Below, one piece after another: positions 44,038-58,742 of a stretch of DNA of 64,000 nucleotides. The notes beneath the pieces are model-generated. The model searched no databases. It was not told the DNA's origin and saw only the letters and a list, made by a program, of their open reading frames with translations. The DNA comes from Eledone cirrhosa (lineage: Eukaryota): positions 273,978,001 through 274,042,000 of the forward strand of contig OZ024743.1 of assembly GCA_964016885.1 (NCBI GenBank), given 5' to 3'. Made by a program: the position numbers and the translations under genes. Every line of letters begins with the position of its first letter. Position 1 is the stretch's first letter.

Positions 44038-47000
44038 GTGTTTCTCTACATATTTGAGTATATGTGATATGTATGTGTGCGCGTGTTTATGTATGTGTGT
44101 CTGTATCGCTCACACATGAGTGTTGTTTTTTTATTGTCTGTTTTTTAATGAAGTAATTTTCCATTTGCCTTGCACGCACGATGCCTTACCGATGTCTATT
44201 TGTATCCAAATTCATGCATTGCATTATTTTAAAATAAATACTAATTACTGCACCGTTTGATATAGTATGTTTGCTTTTAAGATATCAAGTAAAAACAACT
44301 CTTATATAATTCATATGCGTTTGGAATCCAGCCAGGTGTAAATACTTTCATTTATCTATTGTAGACAAATTGTACTATTAATATATTGTCGTTAAGCGAA
44401 TCGGTCCTGGCCGATATGTTGCCACAACAGAAAAATCAATATTTCCCAGATATCCAAAAATACGCGATATCTAGTGAAATAAATATACGCAGTAACCTTT
44501 CAGTTACAATCTCTGAAATATGATTCTAATTTTAACTAATATATGACTGCGCTTTATCCAATATTCTGTAGCAATTTGTCAAGGTGCTTTCGTAATTCTG
44601 TTTCGTTTGCTGGAGTTCATAAATCATAGCATATTTTCACTGACTTTAGTATAAAATGATGAGGCGCTGACTTGGCGAAAATGTGCTAACCTGGTGTTAA
44701 TACATTGCTTCGATTCAACGGCCAGTTTTTGTTAACCCAGTGACTAACCTAGATATCCAGCAGCTGTATTAACAAAAGCATCATTGCTACGATCACTCCA
44801 ACTCTAAACAAAGCAGAAATAAATAATTTAATTCATCGCTTTCCTAATTGTAGACGTTTTGACATAATTCGAGAGACAACGCCTTTATATCTATTAGGTC
44901 AAACGAAGCAGACGTTCTCTCGTTTTGCTCCTGTTTAACCAGAGGTCAAATCTGATATGGTCAAAGGGGCTCCAGCCGTAGCCATCCCGTTTTAGGGGTA
45001 TATTGCTTATTTAAAAGAGTTGGTTACGCTATACAGGTTGTACGACTGATGTGTGTTGCACAAATATAGTAATTATTTTACAGAATTTCCTTATTGGCTC
45101 GTCTATTTTTAGTTTATTCAATAACCACAAGCTGATTTGACAACTGGGTAACATTGGTAAACTATAACGATGTTTCTCAGGCATACCTTAAAGGGAATAT
45201 TTCAAGTGAAACTAAATTGAGTTCAACACAGCGAGCAGAAAGAAAGAAATATCAATAAAATAGTTTCTTGTTTTTTTAGTAGATTCTAAACAATGATTAA
45301 GTCGCCTTCGTTAATCTCCTTTTACCTAAAGAGATATACGATATGCACCCACACTACTAGATCGTTTTTTTTTGCTTGCTTTTGACCCTCATCTCTTCAT
45401 GGTGTTGTAAAAACACCTCTTATAATTTATAGAGTATTATGGTCATCGAGACGTGACTGAGCCCATATTTCACTCGAACTGACCACGTGCGTAGAGAGTA
45501 AAAAGAAATAACACCAGGACTAGGCAGAACTGAACTTGTTGAAATATATATAAGTGCAGAAAGCCAGAACGAATATCGGAAAATAATATTTCCAATGATT
45601 TAACAACTATGCTACTTTGCCACGTTGCTACTAGAACTAACATCAAATTAATAGAATTAAACTGGTGTGTAGAGTTTTGATCGGCCATATAGTGCGATGT
45701 CGATGATGTTATTTAAACTCTATAAATCATAATTGCTTTTTATATTTTAGTATAGAGATTGGCAATTGTGCCTGTGATATATTCTTGTCCTTACAGACTG
45801 GTGGGACTCACGTAATTGATTATAAACTGCATAAACCTCAGTAATGTGATGCATGTGCATAAACATTCTTATTTCATTAGGTCGCAATTTAGAATGAATA
45901 TGTGTATGTAGTGCTTAATAAACTCGGAGTTGTGGCAAGTGAGGGTGTTTAATCAAGTTGGTTAGGTTTCAAGTGGTAACGTTTTCTAGTTCAGAAGAAC
46001 ATTTGGAATATGTGACAGACGGAATATATACTTCATGGTGGGGTTGTGATTATTTATCACAGAATGAGTGGAGGCTGGCACGCCAGTTAGTTACTTGGTT
46101 ATTTTGATGACTGTGTTCGAGGAAATTGGTCTGAGAGATTTATACCATCTGATAGTACAGTATGTTTTGTGTATGATGCCATTGTGAGTTGTATAAGGTC
46201 AGCATCCGTTCATATCCGAAGGGATTTGTGGTTCTTAACAGAATGTTTATAATATCCACACGTGAATTTAGCCAAGTTATATATACATGCTGAGCATCAG
46301 GATGCATGCAATTCCGTATAAAATCTGCAAAATAATATAGTTCGTGAGTTTCTTTAGAAATAAAGAGAGGGTAACAGGAATTGTGTTTTCTCTGGTAAGT
46401 TCATTGATTCATAGGAAACCAGAATTTCATGTAAAAGTCTTTGTTTATTTTAATACGTTATATCTGGTTTGATGTCCCTAAGTAGTTTTCGTGTGACGCC
46501 TGTAAAGGTGGTTTGCTGTACATAGGAATATATTTCGTGGGGAGAAACATTGATTAAATCTGTGAAATAGAACGGTGTTTGATGACATTACTGAAGCATA
46601 ATACACTGCAAAGTTACTACAAGTTGGATGCAAAAGCACTAGACGTGCCAAAATATATTGTCTCGTCCGCTCATGGCTTAATTATTTCTCTTTTATCGAC
46701 ACTGAAATAATGTTCAACACGTATAATGAATATGTTATAAAACTGGCAACGTTTACACCTTTAGGAAATTCTTTTGCACAGTCGCTGGTCACCCTATTAT
46801 TTTGAGTGACTTTGATAAACGAAAAAGACATTACTTTTAACACAAAGCTTGAATGCTTGTTTTAAATACGAAATTATTCAACATATTGTTTATTTGATAT
46901 TTACTAAGGTTGCCAGCTTTTATCTCTCAATAGCAACATTTTCTTTTTCAACTGATATTCTTGGGAAAGAAATGTAAATACTACGTGCGATGATCAATTA

Positions 47001-47267
47001 CTTGCGTGCATTAAAACTGTTCATGCTTAAACTGCAAAAAGCTAGTGAAAATTACCATATATTAAACATGTATCATTTCTGACATGCTGAATTCAATCTT
47101 GTAGCACAGAGAACTAATTACAGCGCTAACACTTCTATTCAATCATGTGTGTTTACCTAAAATTCAAACACTCGAACCTGCCTGCCAAGAAGATAACTAA
47201 AGGAGGAGAGATGCCGGCCTGAATAATTTCTCTCATAATGGATTGCAAAAGTATTATTATCTAATAA

Positions 47268-47383
<116 letters not shown>

Positions 47384-47426
47384 CCATATATATATACACA
47401 CACGTGTGTGTAGGTGGGTATATATA

Positions 47427-47494
<68 letters not shown>

Positions 47495-48105
47495 TATATA
47501 TATGGTTGTGTGTGAGCGTAGGTTTGCACCATTTTCTCGTTAACTATCTCACTCTCTATCTCTCTTTTATCCTCTATTTCTCCTCTGTCCCACTCTTCTT
47601 ATTCATCTTCCTGTCAATGTTCTTACGAATTACTGTATTTCTGTATTCGCGGGAACGACATAACGTTTTAGACGTATCGTAGAGATTAAACCTTACAACT
47701 CTTAGATGTTTGTTTGGTGCATTCAAGAAACAATAAAGTATGTAACTATATAAAGGTTGACACTTTCGCGCATTTCCTCTTCGAAAATTGTATTGATTTG
47801 GCTGTATTCTGTACATACGCACATCGATACAGAATCTTGAATAAATACCCCTTTACCGACATCATTCATTGCAAAATGTCACTGCGAGACCACATCTACG
47901 TTTCCTTCTTTTCGGTTGATAGATTAAGATATCGATCCAGAACTATGAATTGGTAGACATTTCGGAGTTTCTGATGAGAGAACAGGATTTTGGTAAATAA
48001 AAACAGAAAAAAGAAAATAGCGTAGCGATTTTGATTCGGGGATGGCCCGCCTATTCCGTGTCACTGTAACGGCAATTCATCCGCTTATATAACTAATTCT
48101 ACAAT

Positions 48106-48180
48106 AAGCACCTGATGAAATCGCCTGCGTTTTGCATCATATTCGGATGAGGGTGGGCCATGGAAATATGTATAGTGTTT
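48106..48180 (+). ncRNA. candidate type I hammerhead
   Basis: AAGCAC-CUGAUGA(48112-18)...GAAA(48163-66)-UAUGUA-UA-GUGUUU; the base of stem II is poorly paired; lies in a TA-flanked ~850-bp unit. Confidence 0.5.
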
Positions 48181-48408
48181 TCGCGGAATAATGATTATAA
48201 AGATTCTAGTCTGGCATTCTATTGTTTCTAATGGATATTTTACTCCGTTCCTGCACTAAACACTGGATACCACATCTACGATGGATGTTTTGCATAATAT
48301 CACGTGCTGTAATTTATTGCATCATTGTTTAATAACCGGAATTCCCAGTTCCACACGATGGTAAACAACGTAACATAAATGGCATATATTTACTTATGCT
48401 TAAGTATG

Positions 48409-48443
<35 letters not shown>

Positions 48444-51017
48444 GTGTGTGTATGTTTGTGTATGTGTGTTTGTATGTTTATATATATATATATATGTGTG
48501 TGTATGTATGTATATATATATATATATATACATATGTTTATATATATATATGTGTTGTGTGTGTATAAAACAATGAAAATATTTCTTTTAATATAATCAA
48601 TGTTTTCACAAATTCCCGATTAGTAATCACGCTGATAAGTGTCATACTTAACAAGTAAAATGAAATCGAACTTTGCCATCCCCTATAGCACATCACACCT
48701 CTGCATAAAATTCTTAATTCAGTTTATTCCTCGTAAAAAAATGGTATTCAATTATTGTTTTCTTTTATCGTCATTTTGATGCTGATATAGTTTTAATCTT
48801 TAATAGTATTATTATTAACTGTATTGATTTTCATATTTATGGTATTTTCTATTGGTTTTATTAATATTTTTGTATTTTTATCTATATTATTAACATTATT
48901 ATTATTATTATTAATCTTCTGAATGATGATAGTTCCATCAAGTTGTTTTGTTGTTAATGTTAATGCTATCGGCTACCTTTACTATAACAACAATTATAAT
49001 GTTTGTATTATTATTATATCATAGTAAACCTAACAAATATATATATTATTAGTCGTATTATTATTACGCTTATGATTGAATATTTTTTTAGTGTAGATCT
49101 ATTGATTATGTGTATTGATTGATTTTTTCTCTGCATTCCTTCAATACTTTGCTTTAAAATAATTTTCGTAGTCAGATATTGTCATTGATTGCGTGAAAAT
49201 TACGGACTATGTAATTAAGGAAATATCAAAGAGGGTAGTTTCTAAGATGAAATTTCTATACTTAGATTTGTCCGTTTTTTATTGACTTAATTATATAGTT
49301 GGTCGAATAAGTTCAATATTACATTGATACATATACTCAGTCCTACACAGAAGCCATGACTACGCACATAAAAACTGTAATAATGTATCAGAATATTATA
49401 AAAGAAAAATAGCAACAGAACATACGAGGGCAACGCGTTTTCTGTGTCAATACAAGCTTTAGTATGCAATGTGTGGATGCAGAAATATTGCATGATGCAT
49501 TACATTACAACATATATAATATTTCACAAATCAACTGGCTTGGAAACCGGAATGATTTTCATAACGTTGTGACATGAGAATATTTGAAAAAGCATTTTGC
49601 TCCACGTTTTAGTTGCTCCAATAATTAGCCCTGAACTCAGTAGCAGACCTTACTTTTATATTTTGTTGGTAACGAATGTTAAAAAAATTAACATATTTTT
49701 ACTAACATATTCCAATGTATAGGAGACGATAGTTTTTATTGTTTAGTTAAATGAGGCATTTCTGCGATGATCAACATTCTTTTCAAATCTTCGAGATTAT
49801 TGTAAGAAAAGGGGGTATTAAGATGAAATGGAGACGCGGCCTCGGTGCTCAGTTAAGCCAGGAGTTGGGTTAAGCTTACCACACTGTGTATTTCAAAAGC
49901 ACGAAGCCGAGTGCGTTAAATGTAGGACAAACTTCACTTCTAATACTCTATTGGGCTGGCGTTCAGTTGGTGCGCTAGTAGGCGGAAAATAAGTGTTAGA
50001 TATTAAGTAAAACTAAGATTGTTTGATGTTCATTTAACCTGAGCTTACATATATATATATATATATATGATAGGTGAACATTATGTGAAAATGATTTGGC
50101 TGATATTTATAACATGGATTGACTGAGAAGATTCCATTAATGACAATTATAATACCATGGCAAAATTATTTTATGCAAATTAAGTGAAAATAATTATTTG
50201 AAATGCCTATAGTTCTAAAGAGTTTCTTACTCAAAGAGACAAAAGAAACTTCTCACCTCCTGTCTGTAGTCATGCATGTCATTAGCCTTTGATTTCCTCT
50301 TATTTTCCATTGAATATTCCAATAATTCAACGACTTTATATTGATTTTATTATTTATCCAATTCCACTGTCAAGAGAAATAATAGTTGATAGCTTAAACA
50401 GAACCATATTTGTTAGAATTCATTTGGCAGCAACATATCTCCTACAGATGTCAATAAATTATTCAGGGGAATTATGAAGTAAAATTGCAGTGATTACTTC
50501 TATGAATGTATTTTCCTGTCATGATGCTGATGTCAAAATAATACTGATTCAGCTTACATGGCTAAATAATTTTGAAACATCTTTTAAACTCTTTCGAAAT
50601 ATTTATAACGAATTCATTATCTTAGAGTGCGGCGTAGACAATTTATCAACTAGAATGCGGGGAATATCAAATTCAGTTGTAGCATTGCCGAACATAACAT
50701 TGAGTCAACGAGACTTAATTAGGTAATACTTAGCTGTTTTCACATAGTACTAGTTCGTAGATCTGCTTTTCGTATCGCTAAATAAATTAGAGAAATATGT
50801 ATTTTTATACAATAATGATGTACTAAGCCATTTCGATACATGTTTCCTAACGGCTAGGAATACAAAAAAGTGTAAAATTATATCTCTATTATGCTCTATT
50901 AGGAATAGGTTAACAAACTCATAGATATTAATAAATGAGCTTTCGTAACATTAGGTTTACATCAAGATCTTTACTGGTGCAAATGAAACGAAGGTAATTA
51001 CTTTTTATCGGAAATAT

Positions 51018-51375
51018 AAAAAAAATAACTTGCTTTTTCTTTTTCTTGAACAGGTCTACGAAAAATAAATGCAATTCTACGTAGTAAAATTGAGCAAAAA
51101 CGTTATAATACTAAGATATTCAGAGTCCGTATTAATTTGCAAGATGGAAATGAAAATATTACGTTTCAGGTTTACTCTTCCCATTCTCACCTTATATAAA
51201 AAAAGAACTTGCTTTTTCTTTTTCTTGAACAGGTCTACGAAAGATAAATGCAATTCTACGTAGTAAAATTGAGCAAAAACGTTATAATACTAAGATATTC
51301 AGAGTCCGTATTAATTTGCAAGATGGAAATGAAAATATTAGGTTTCAGGTTTATTCTTTCCATTCTCACCTTATT
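51018..51375. repeat. 179-bp tandem duplication
   Basis: CAGGTCTACG at 51051 and 51230; the two units are nearly identical. Confidence 0.9.
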
Positions 51376-53918
51376 AGCAACGTATATAACGTTTTAATAT
51401 GACGGTTCCTGGATTTTATCATAAATAGCGTGTCATAACAATATACAATATTATATTTGTTAGTAAAAATTGTGATGTGATGAAACACATTTCGTTACTA
51501 AAAAGTCGTTACCAAACTAGATCTCTACTCAATTAGCTAATTAATAATCAAGCATTTTAGTTTAAAAGTATTTTGAAAGAATAAAATTCATACGCTTCAA
51601 AATATGATTAATACAAAATCGTGAGCATGGTATGCTAGACATAAAAGCAATATTTCTCTAATATTACATTTAAATGTCTTTAAAATGGAAGACTACATCA
51701 GATACCTAGAAAACTGCAGCATTTCAAAACATTCTTGCTCTTCAGGATCGGTCGAAGGCTAAACATCAGAGCAGGGATAATTATACTTTGAATTAGCGAT
51801 GCCAATACATGTTGGTACACTATATGTTAGCCTCGTTACATAAAGAAAATAGAGTCATAGACAACCTTTGTAAGCTTTCTAGAAGAGGCTTCTACAAGGC
51901 TTTTAAGAACAATTATATTGACGTTTTCTTATGTTTTCTCTTTGTTGTCTTGAAATAGAATTTACGCTCAGAATGTATGGGTTTTTTTTTTTGCTCATTA
52001 GATACGTTTATTTACGTTGCATAAGATTATATTATTTATTATTTGGATTACATGTTACTGACGTAAATCCACAATGTATGTCTCAAATTCTTAATATTCC
52101 CTTACTCTGAATCAAGTTTCGTTTACATTCTCTTGGTGGTTAGATTTTGAATTCAACACCAATTAAGTATACATTAATCGGTGAGCTGTACCACGTTATT
52201 GAATTATTCTATTACAGACATATTTGTCCAGGACAGTATGAACTGGATATGAATGAATAAAGTTGGCATCTCATACTAACCTCAAGTGACGTAGGTTTCA
52301 GTGACTAGTTAATAACCTTAAATATTACCTTTCATTTTATATATTCGATGTCCTCCTCCCCAACAAATAGATGTGGTTATTCCTAGTTGCTGTTGGTTGT
52401 TGTTCCTGTTAGATCATAGTTGACGTGAGACTAAATATTTGCAAAAACACCTAATATGAAAGCGAAACGAAACCAGTTCTCCACCTATCTTTAGTCTTAA
52501 AAATCATCCCATGCTATGTTTTCATTGAATTATAACGAGCGGTGAAGTTTATAGTTTTTTTTTTTATAGTGAGGAGTAAAATGTAGTAGTAGAATTATCA
52601 TACACACATCCACAGTGGAATTTTCTTTCTCAGAATACGAAGTAAGTTGAAAATACTATTTTACACAGTGGATTAGAAAAATCGTTAAAACCTCGAATAA
52701 GATGTTTGCTGTATGTATTTCAATCCAGTTCAAATCACACGGAGAGCAATCTTTCCTTTCGTTCTTCCAGTGAAATACTAAGGTTGATTTAATCTACAAA
52801 TATCGGTAACTTGTACATATTTTCAAGGAAACGGCTCCGGGGGAAGAATTCTGTATGAATCACTTAAAAAGCGGATGAAAAAAATAAACAGCAAAAGCCA
52901 TTGTATTCTTATAAAAAACAATGACCCCATGTCACATTAAAAGAAGGAATCAATTATATCAAGGATGGTTATTTTACCGTCCACCGAAGTATAAATGCTA
53001 ATGGTGATGTGAGTGAATATTGAACTCGGAGCATGTATAAACTCGTGATATATTGTAAGCAATATAAGTCGACGCAATCTTTTCTCAGTGCATATAGAAT
53101 ATCGATTTATTTGCAGACGCAATTGTTTTGTAAAACAACATAAAAAGTCCTAAATTTACAAGAGAGGAGAAAGGAGAATAAATTACTTTTATTAATGGAG
53201 CACATTAAGGAAAATTACTCCAACGGAAGTAATAAAATTGGGTCAAGAAATATTCTCATAGGGAACTTCGTTTCTTCTTATCAACACTTAGAAACGATAT
53301 ATGTTAACTAGGATGTCATCAGCCTAATACAAAAATAGACCTAGTTACCAAGAGATGTATTCATCAATATAAATTATTTTGGACTGATTTGTTTGCTCTT
53401 TATATATGTTCGTCATTCTGAAGGCTTTTATCGTTAATCCAGAGAAAATAACAATATCCGTAATATCTGTTGGCAGTTTAGTTGATAAGTATTGAATCAG
53501 GTAGATATAATTAGAGCAGCCAGGTTTCTATGGTTACGGACAGTGATTGAATGTATGTGGGAAAATATCAATCGATCATTTCAATATCAGTCTTTTTTCT
53601 AAATATCGTGTCCACGTGCGTATGCGTGTTCGCATATGTATGTGATTGCGTATTATTGACTACGTGTGTGTATACTTGTGTGGTCTATTGAACTCCTCAC
53701 TGTAAAATCATTTAGGTATTGTATCAATGAATGAGCGTTTTATATCGGGATCTTAAACATTTAATTCATTGTGTCCATTCTTCCTCCAATGTTTCCAAAT
53801 TCACTGGATTCCCTCGCAAGTATGATATACGTATGTGCGTGTTCTTGTATATATATATATATAGCGTGTGTGTGTGCTCCAGAATTTCGTAATAAATATC
53901 TAAAGTTGGTACGAATGG

Positions 53919-53981
<63 letters not shown>

Positions 53982-55278
53982 GTAGTTAAGCAAATCAAGA
54001 CCACAAGCTCACATAGAAGACGTTAGTCGAAGAGTATCAACATTAAGTGATATATATACGTAAGTATGCACACGTACATATACACACATACATATATACA
54101 TATGTACGTACGGGTTATATCGAACATTAATAATAATGTTCGATCCGTTTGTAAACAGACGGCCCGATTTGAAGCTGTGCCGTGCCGGTGACCGAATGTC
54201 ACCTGTTTGTTCAACAGAGGCTTTGAGGAACAATCAACATGTTTCTGGTTCATTACCTTTCATCAGTACTGTATACCTCCCAGATACATTATACTTTCCT
54301 TTAATTAAATACTCTTTCGCATATTTACCATTAACTATATGTATATTTATTAGGTTGTTTTGATACTCCTCGACTTTAGCATTAGCCCTACTAGTATGGG
54401 TAACTGGGAATGCATGGCATATATTATGACACCGGCTGGCAGTGGGACACTTCTAGCTGCACCCTGGGCGCTTATGTCTGTCCACCTTCTTGAGTGCTTG
54501 GAAATAAATAACATTTCCCTTCTCTACGGCGTACTGTAATTACTCGGAACAGTCGGTGGGCGTAACTGTTTTTTTTTAATACGGTATTTCACCGGCCAAC
54601 TATGCGGACTCTACTTGATTAAATGTTAATCATTTTTAAGCATTCAATTTTAATTTTGATTTTAATTTTCAATTCCTAAGTTTAACCCTAGCTTTAACTT
54701 CTAAACAATTATAACCTTAATTTTTCTATTTGATATGTTCCTAAATTGCACCCCGCCGTTTGTCCCCCGTTATTGTATCGACCTTAACTTGACCCAGGCA
54801 GTTCACCATTGTCTGTAACACGATATTATTCACCCCTTCTCTGGCCTGCTGTCCGAAGATTGTTAGAATTGAGAGATAGTAGTAATTCGCCCAGGAGGAT
54901 ATGCTTTCCCCTACGCGCTTAGCAATCTTACAGGAAAGATAATTCACTCAGAGAGGGCGAGACGTAATAAGGATATGCTGTCTCGTTGGCCTCTGAGTCA
55001 AAAACAAAAAACATAAACATTTTTTTCTTCTCTGCTTTTTCTTTGCTTGTTTCCTTAAAGTTGACTTTCTTTCCGTGGGTATATATCTATTACGTAATTT
55101 ACAACTGAAGATGTCACCAGGTTCTACGCAACCTGGCCACTGAAATGTGTTTACAGAAACAAATATTTAACAAGAACCGGTGTTGTCAGCGTGGTATGGC
55201 TTATAATATATATATATTGTGGACCCGCTAAGGTGAAACAATTGTTCTCGGTATGGTGAACTGACTGTTGTGTAACCA

Positions 55279-55341
<63 letters not shown>

Positions 55342-55349
55342 ATAAACGG

Positions 55350-55628
55350 AAAACAATGAAACGAAATTTCATTTCCCACTCTTAGTACGGATGTTACTTA
55401 AATATAAGTATGTACACGTACATACATATATGTATACAGACGTACAGTAGTATGTATATATATATACAAACATGCACACATTTATATATGTACGTATGGA
55501 TTCACCGAACATTTATACATTTATTATAAGGCTCGGTGTGTTTGTAAACAAACATCCCGTATTAAGCCGTAGTGTCCAGCAACCATCGTTGCTTGTTTGT
55601 TCAACACTGACAAAGGTACTAGTTTCAA
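55350..55628 (-). mobile_element. partial Naiad-associated pLTR
   Basis: Homologous to 38528-38797; truncated inside the hammerhead by (TA)n. Confidence 0.8.
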
Positions 55629-55654
55629 TATATATATATATATATATACATACT

Positions 55655-55902
<248 letters not shown>

Positions 55903-55912
55903 TATATATATA

Positions 55913-56491
55913 TTTCGTTTCTGAATTTGTTTAGCAAGATTCTTTATCTGAAATCGTGTGTTGAAATCGTGTGTTGAAACCTTTGGGAGGGTCATGTTGC
56001 CAATAAAAAACACACGCACCAGTTGTTTCACTTCAATTTATTATATATTTATAAATTTACAAATTTATAAATTTATAAGTTTCTGGTTGGTTGGTTGGTT
56101 CCACAACCAGATAGTTGTTTGTATATAGTCATAGTCCTTTCGTAACACACTCTGTGACCTCTTCAGTGACTGGGGATTCCTTTCTTTGTTTCTGTGCCTC
56201 TCCTTTCTCTGACCTACGCCATTTTGATTCTCAAAACAAAACAAAATGCCGTAGGACAGAGAAAGAAGAGGCACAGAAACAAAGAAAGGAATCCCCAGTC
56301 ACTGAAGGGGTCACAGAGTGTGTGACGAAAGGACTATGACTATATACAAACAACTATCTGGTTGTGGAACCAACCAACCAACCAGAAAATTATAAATTTA
56401 TAAATTTGTAAATTTATAAATATATAATAAATTGAAGTGAAATCTACTAGTGCGTGTGTTTCTTATTGGCAACATGACCTTCCCAAAGTAT

Positions 56492-56497
<6 letters not shown>
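55913..56497. mobile_element. second head-to-head palindrome of the 20909 pLTR family
   Basis: Slightly diverged arms at ~55982-56224 and 56243-56490 with a ~18-nt spacer. The long tail is on the left arm; each arm has a hammerhead. Confidence 0.85.
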
Positions 56498-56566
<69 letters not shown>

Positions 56567-56580
56567 TATATATATATATA

Positions 56581-56671
<91 letters not shown>

Positions 56672-56885
56672 GGGATAAAAAATTATCGTTATAGGTAATC
56701 CAGTTGAGGTTGTGAGTACTCCGTATTGTGAATAGTTTTAAGGTACGGCGTTGTTTGAATCAACAAGAGGTTTCCTTAGTTAGGTTGCGAGTTCTCGGGA
56801 ATTCCTATTCAGGTTAATCTTGGAGTAATAATAGTGAAAGCGTGAAGAATAGCATGGTCAAGAGTACAAAAAGGGTTTTATTTAC

Positions 56886-56994
56886 AGTATTAACAATTGT
56901 TTCGCTGATCAGGGTGTCTAAAAATTATTAATCATTTGAAGTTGTGTCCCTTAATTTTAAATACATGTATGCCTATTCAAATCATCGGAATAAA
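56886..56994 (-). ncRNA. hammerhead with CCGAUGA (U4C) core, long stem II
   Basis: UAUU-CCGAUGA(56988-82)-u-UUGAaUAGG...CCUGaUCAG-c-GAAA-CAAUUG-UU-AAUA. Confidence 0.6.
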
Positions 56995-57000
56995 TCTTTG

Positions 57001-57041
<41 letters not shown>

Positions 57042-57696
57042 CTTTAGTTTGTTGGTTCCTATAAGTCTATCTCTGTAAGTTCATTAAATAAATCTCGCTA
57101 CCTTAACCTTTAATTTTCTAGTAATTTTTTAATTTTTTTAATTTAATTTTCAATTTATTATTTTTTTAATTTAATTTCCTCCAATAACTCGTAACATAAA
57201 TTTAACGTTCCAATTTTCTGTTCACAGAAATGGGTGTCATACAGACACCCATTATATATGCCTTTGTTAAATTATAGATTCTTTGGAATAACATTTTTCG
57301 CGGCGTTTTCTAATATGACTGTAGTGTGCTCCTTACGCTGACTTCTTTCTTTTTTCTGCTTTCTTCCTTTCTTTCTTTCTTTCTTTCTTCCCCTTTTTTA
57401 TTCTTTGACGGAGAGGTGGTAGTGCATTATAAGCCTTTGCCGCCTCACCAGATGGTCATTAGTAGACTGAGTTGCCATCACTTTGAGGGCGATTGGCCGA
57501 GGTGAAAGCAGCTAGTTGGTCAGTTGTCCTCTCTGTCTCTGATTTTTCGGACCCATGGTTTTTTTACATATTCCTTTGTTATATTTCGAATACCTGATGA
57601 TATCACGGGATTCATATGGAACCCGATCATTGAAATCATCATAGAATAATAAACCTTTCAAGGATTTACACCAGTCCAACCTCCTATTATTTTATT

Positions 57697-57731
<35 letters not shown>

Positions 57732-57732
57732 C

Positions 57733-58475
57733 ATGTACTTGTCTCTTCCTATCTTTACGTTGCAATACCATCTTTGTTTATGTCTCGCTCGCTTCACGCT
57801 ATTTTACTTGTCCCAATAACTTTATTTAGTTATTGCTTTCACCAACCAGCGGTATATGATTTTTAAAGCGATGAAATACAAATGAAGGCTGGAAGATCAC
57901 TGATGAAGGACTAATTTTATTCATATGTAACCCATGTGCAACCACGCAGCACTCCATTTTTCTTATATTTATATTTTTTCCTCAGCTGCGATTGTCTGTT
58001 ACTTTCTTACTGCTTCCCCTCTCTCTGTATCTCTCACCTTCTTTTTACCCCCTCTTCCAGTCACACTCTCTCTCAGCTGGCCTCTTCCTCACACTTCCAC
58101 TCACCCACTCTCTGTGTCTCCCCCTCTCTCACTTACCACGTTTGACCTGTGTGAAATCCTTTTCTCGCATACATCTCACCCATGTCGGATGGTCTGTATC
58201 TATCGTCCATGATTTCGCCAAGCTTAAGCTTATAGATACCATGGACTTGTCTCTTCCTATCCTTTCGTTGCAATACCGTCTTTGTTTGTTTACATGTCTC
58301 GCTTGCTTCACGTTATTTTACTTGTCCCAATAACTTTATTTAATTATTGCTCGCACCAGCCAGAGGTGTATGATTTTTAAAGCGATGAAATACGAATGAA
58401 GGTTGGAAGATCACTGATGAAGGACTAATTCTATTCATATGTAACCCATGTGCAACCACGCACCACTCAATTTTT

Positions 58476-58478
<3 letters not shown>
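57733..58478 (+). mobile_element. tandem partial pLTRs of the 28850 PLE family
   Basis: ~57733-57965 is repeated at ~58240-58478; reverse-complement homolog of 28890-29330. Confidence 0.8.
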
Positions 58479-58554
<76 letters not shown>

Positions 58555-58621
58555 GTATGTATGTATGTATGTATGTATATAAATATATATATATATATAG
58601 ATATATAGATACAGATATATA

Positions 58622-58742
58622 TATTATAAGCCATAGCACTCTGACAGCACCGGTTCTCGTCCGATCACCGAAGTTAAGCACTGTCGAGCCTAGTTAGTAT
58701 TTAGATGGGTGACCACTTGGGAAACCTAGGTGCTGTAAGCAT
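58622..58742 (+). rRNA. orphan 5S rRNA copy (variant or pseudogene)
   Basis: GCCATAGCAC..CACCGGTTCTCGTCCGATCACCGAAGTTAAGC..GTTAGTA.TT.GATGGGTGACC..TGGGAA..GGTGCTGTAAGCA, followed by TTTT (58747-50). The 5' end is eroded; TA-flanked. Confidence 0.9.

Noticed and set aside
55100-55160. CUGAAGA-hairpin-GAAA motifs (also 57594-57645, 32703-32740, 47971)
   Set aside because: Stem I/III or the GAAA is missing; at best degenerate relics, so not called.
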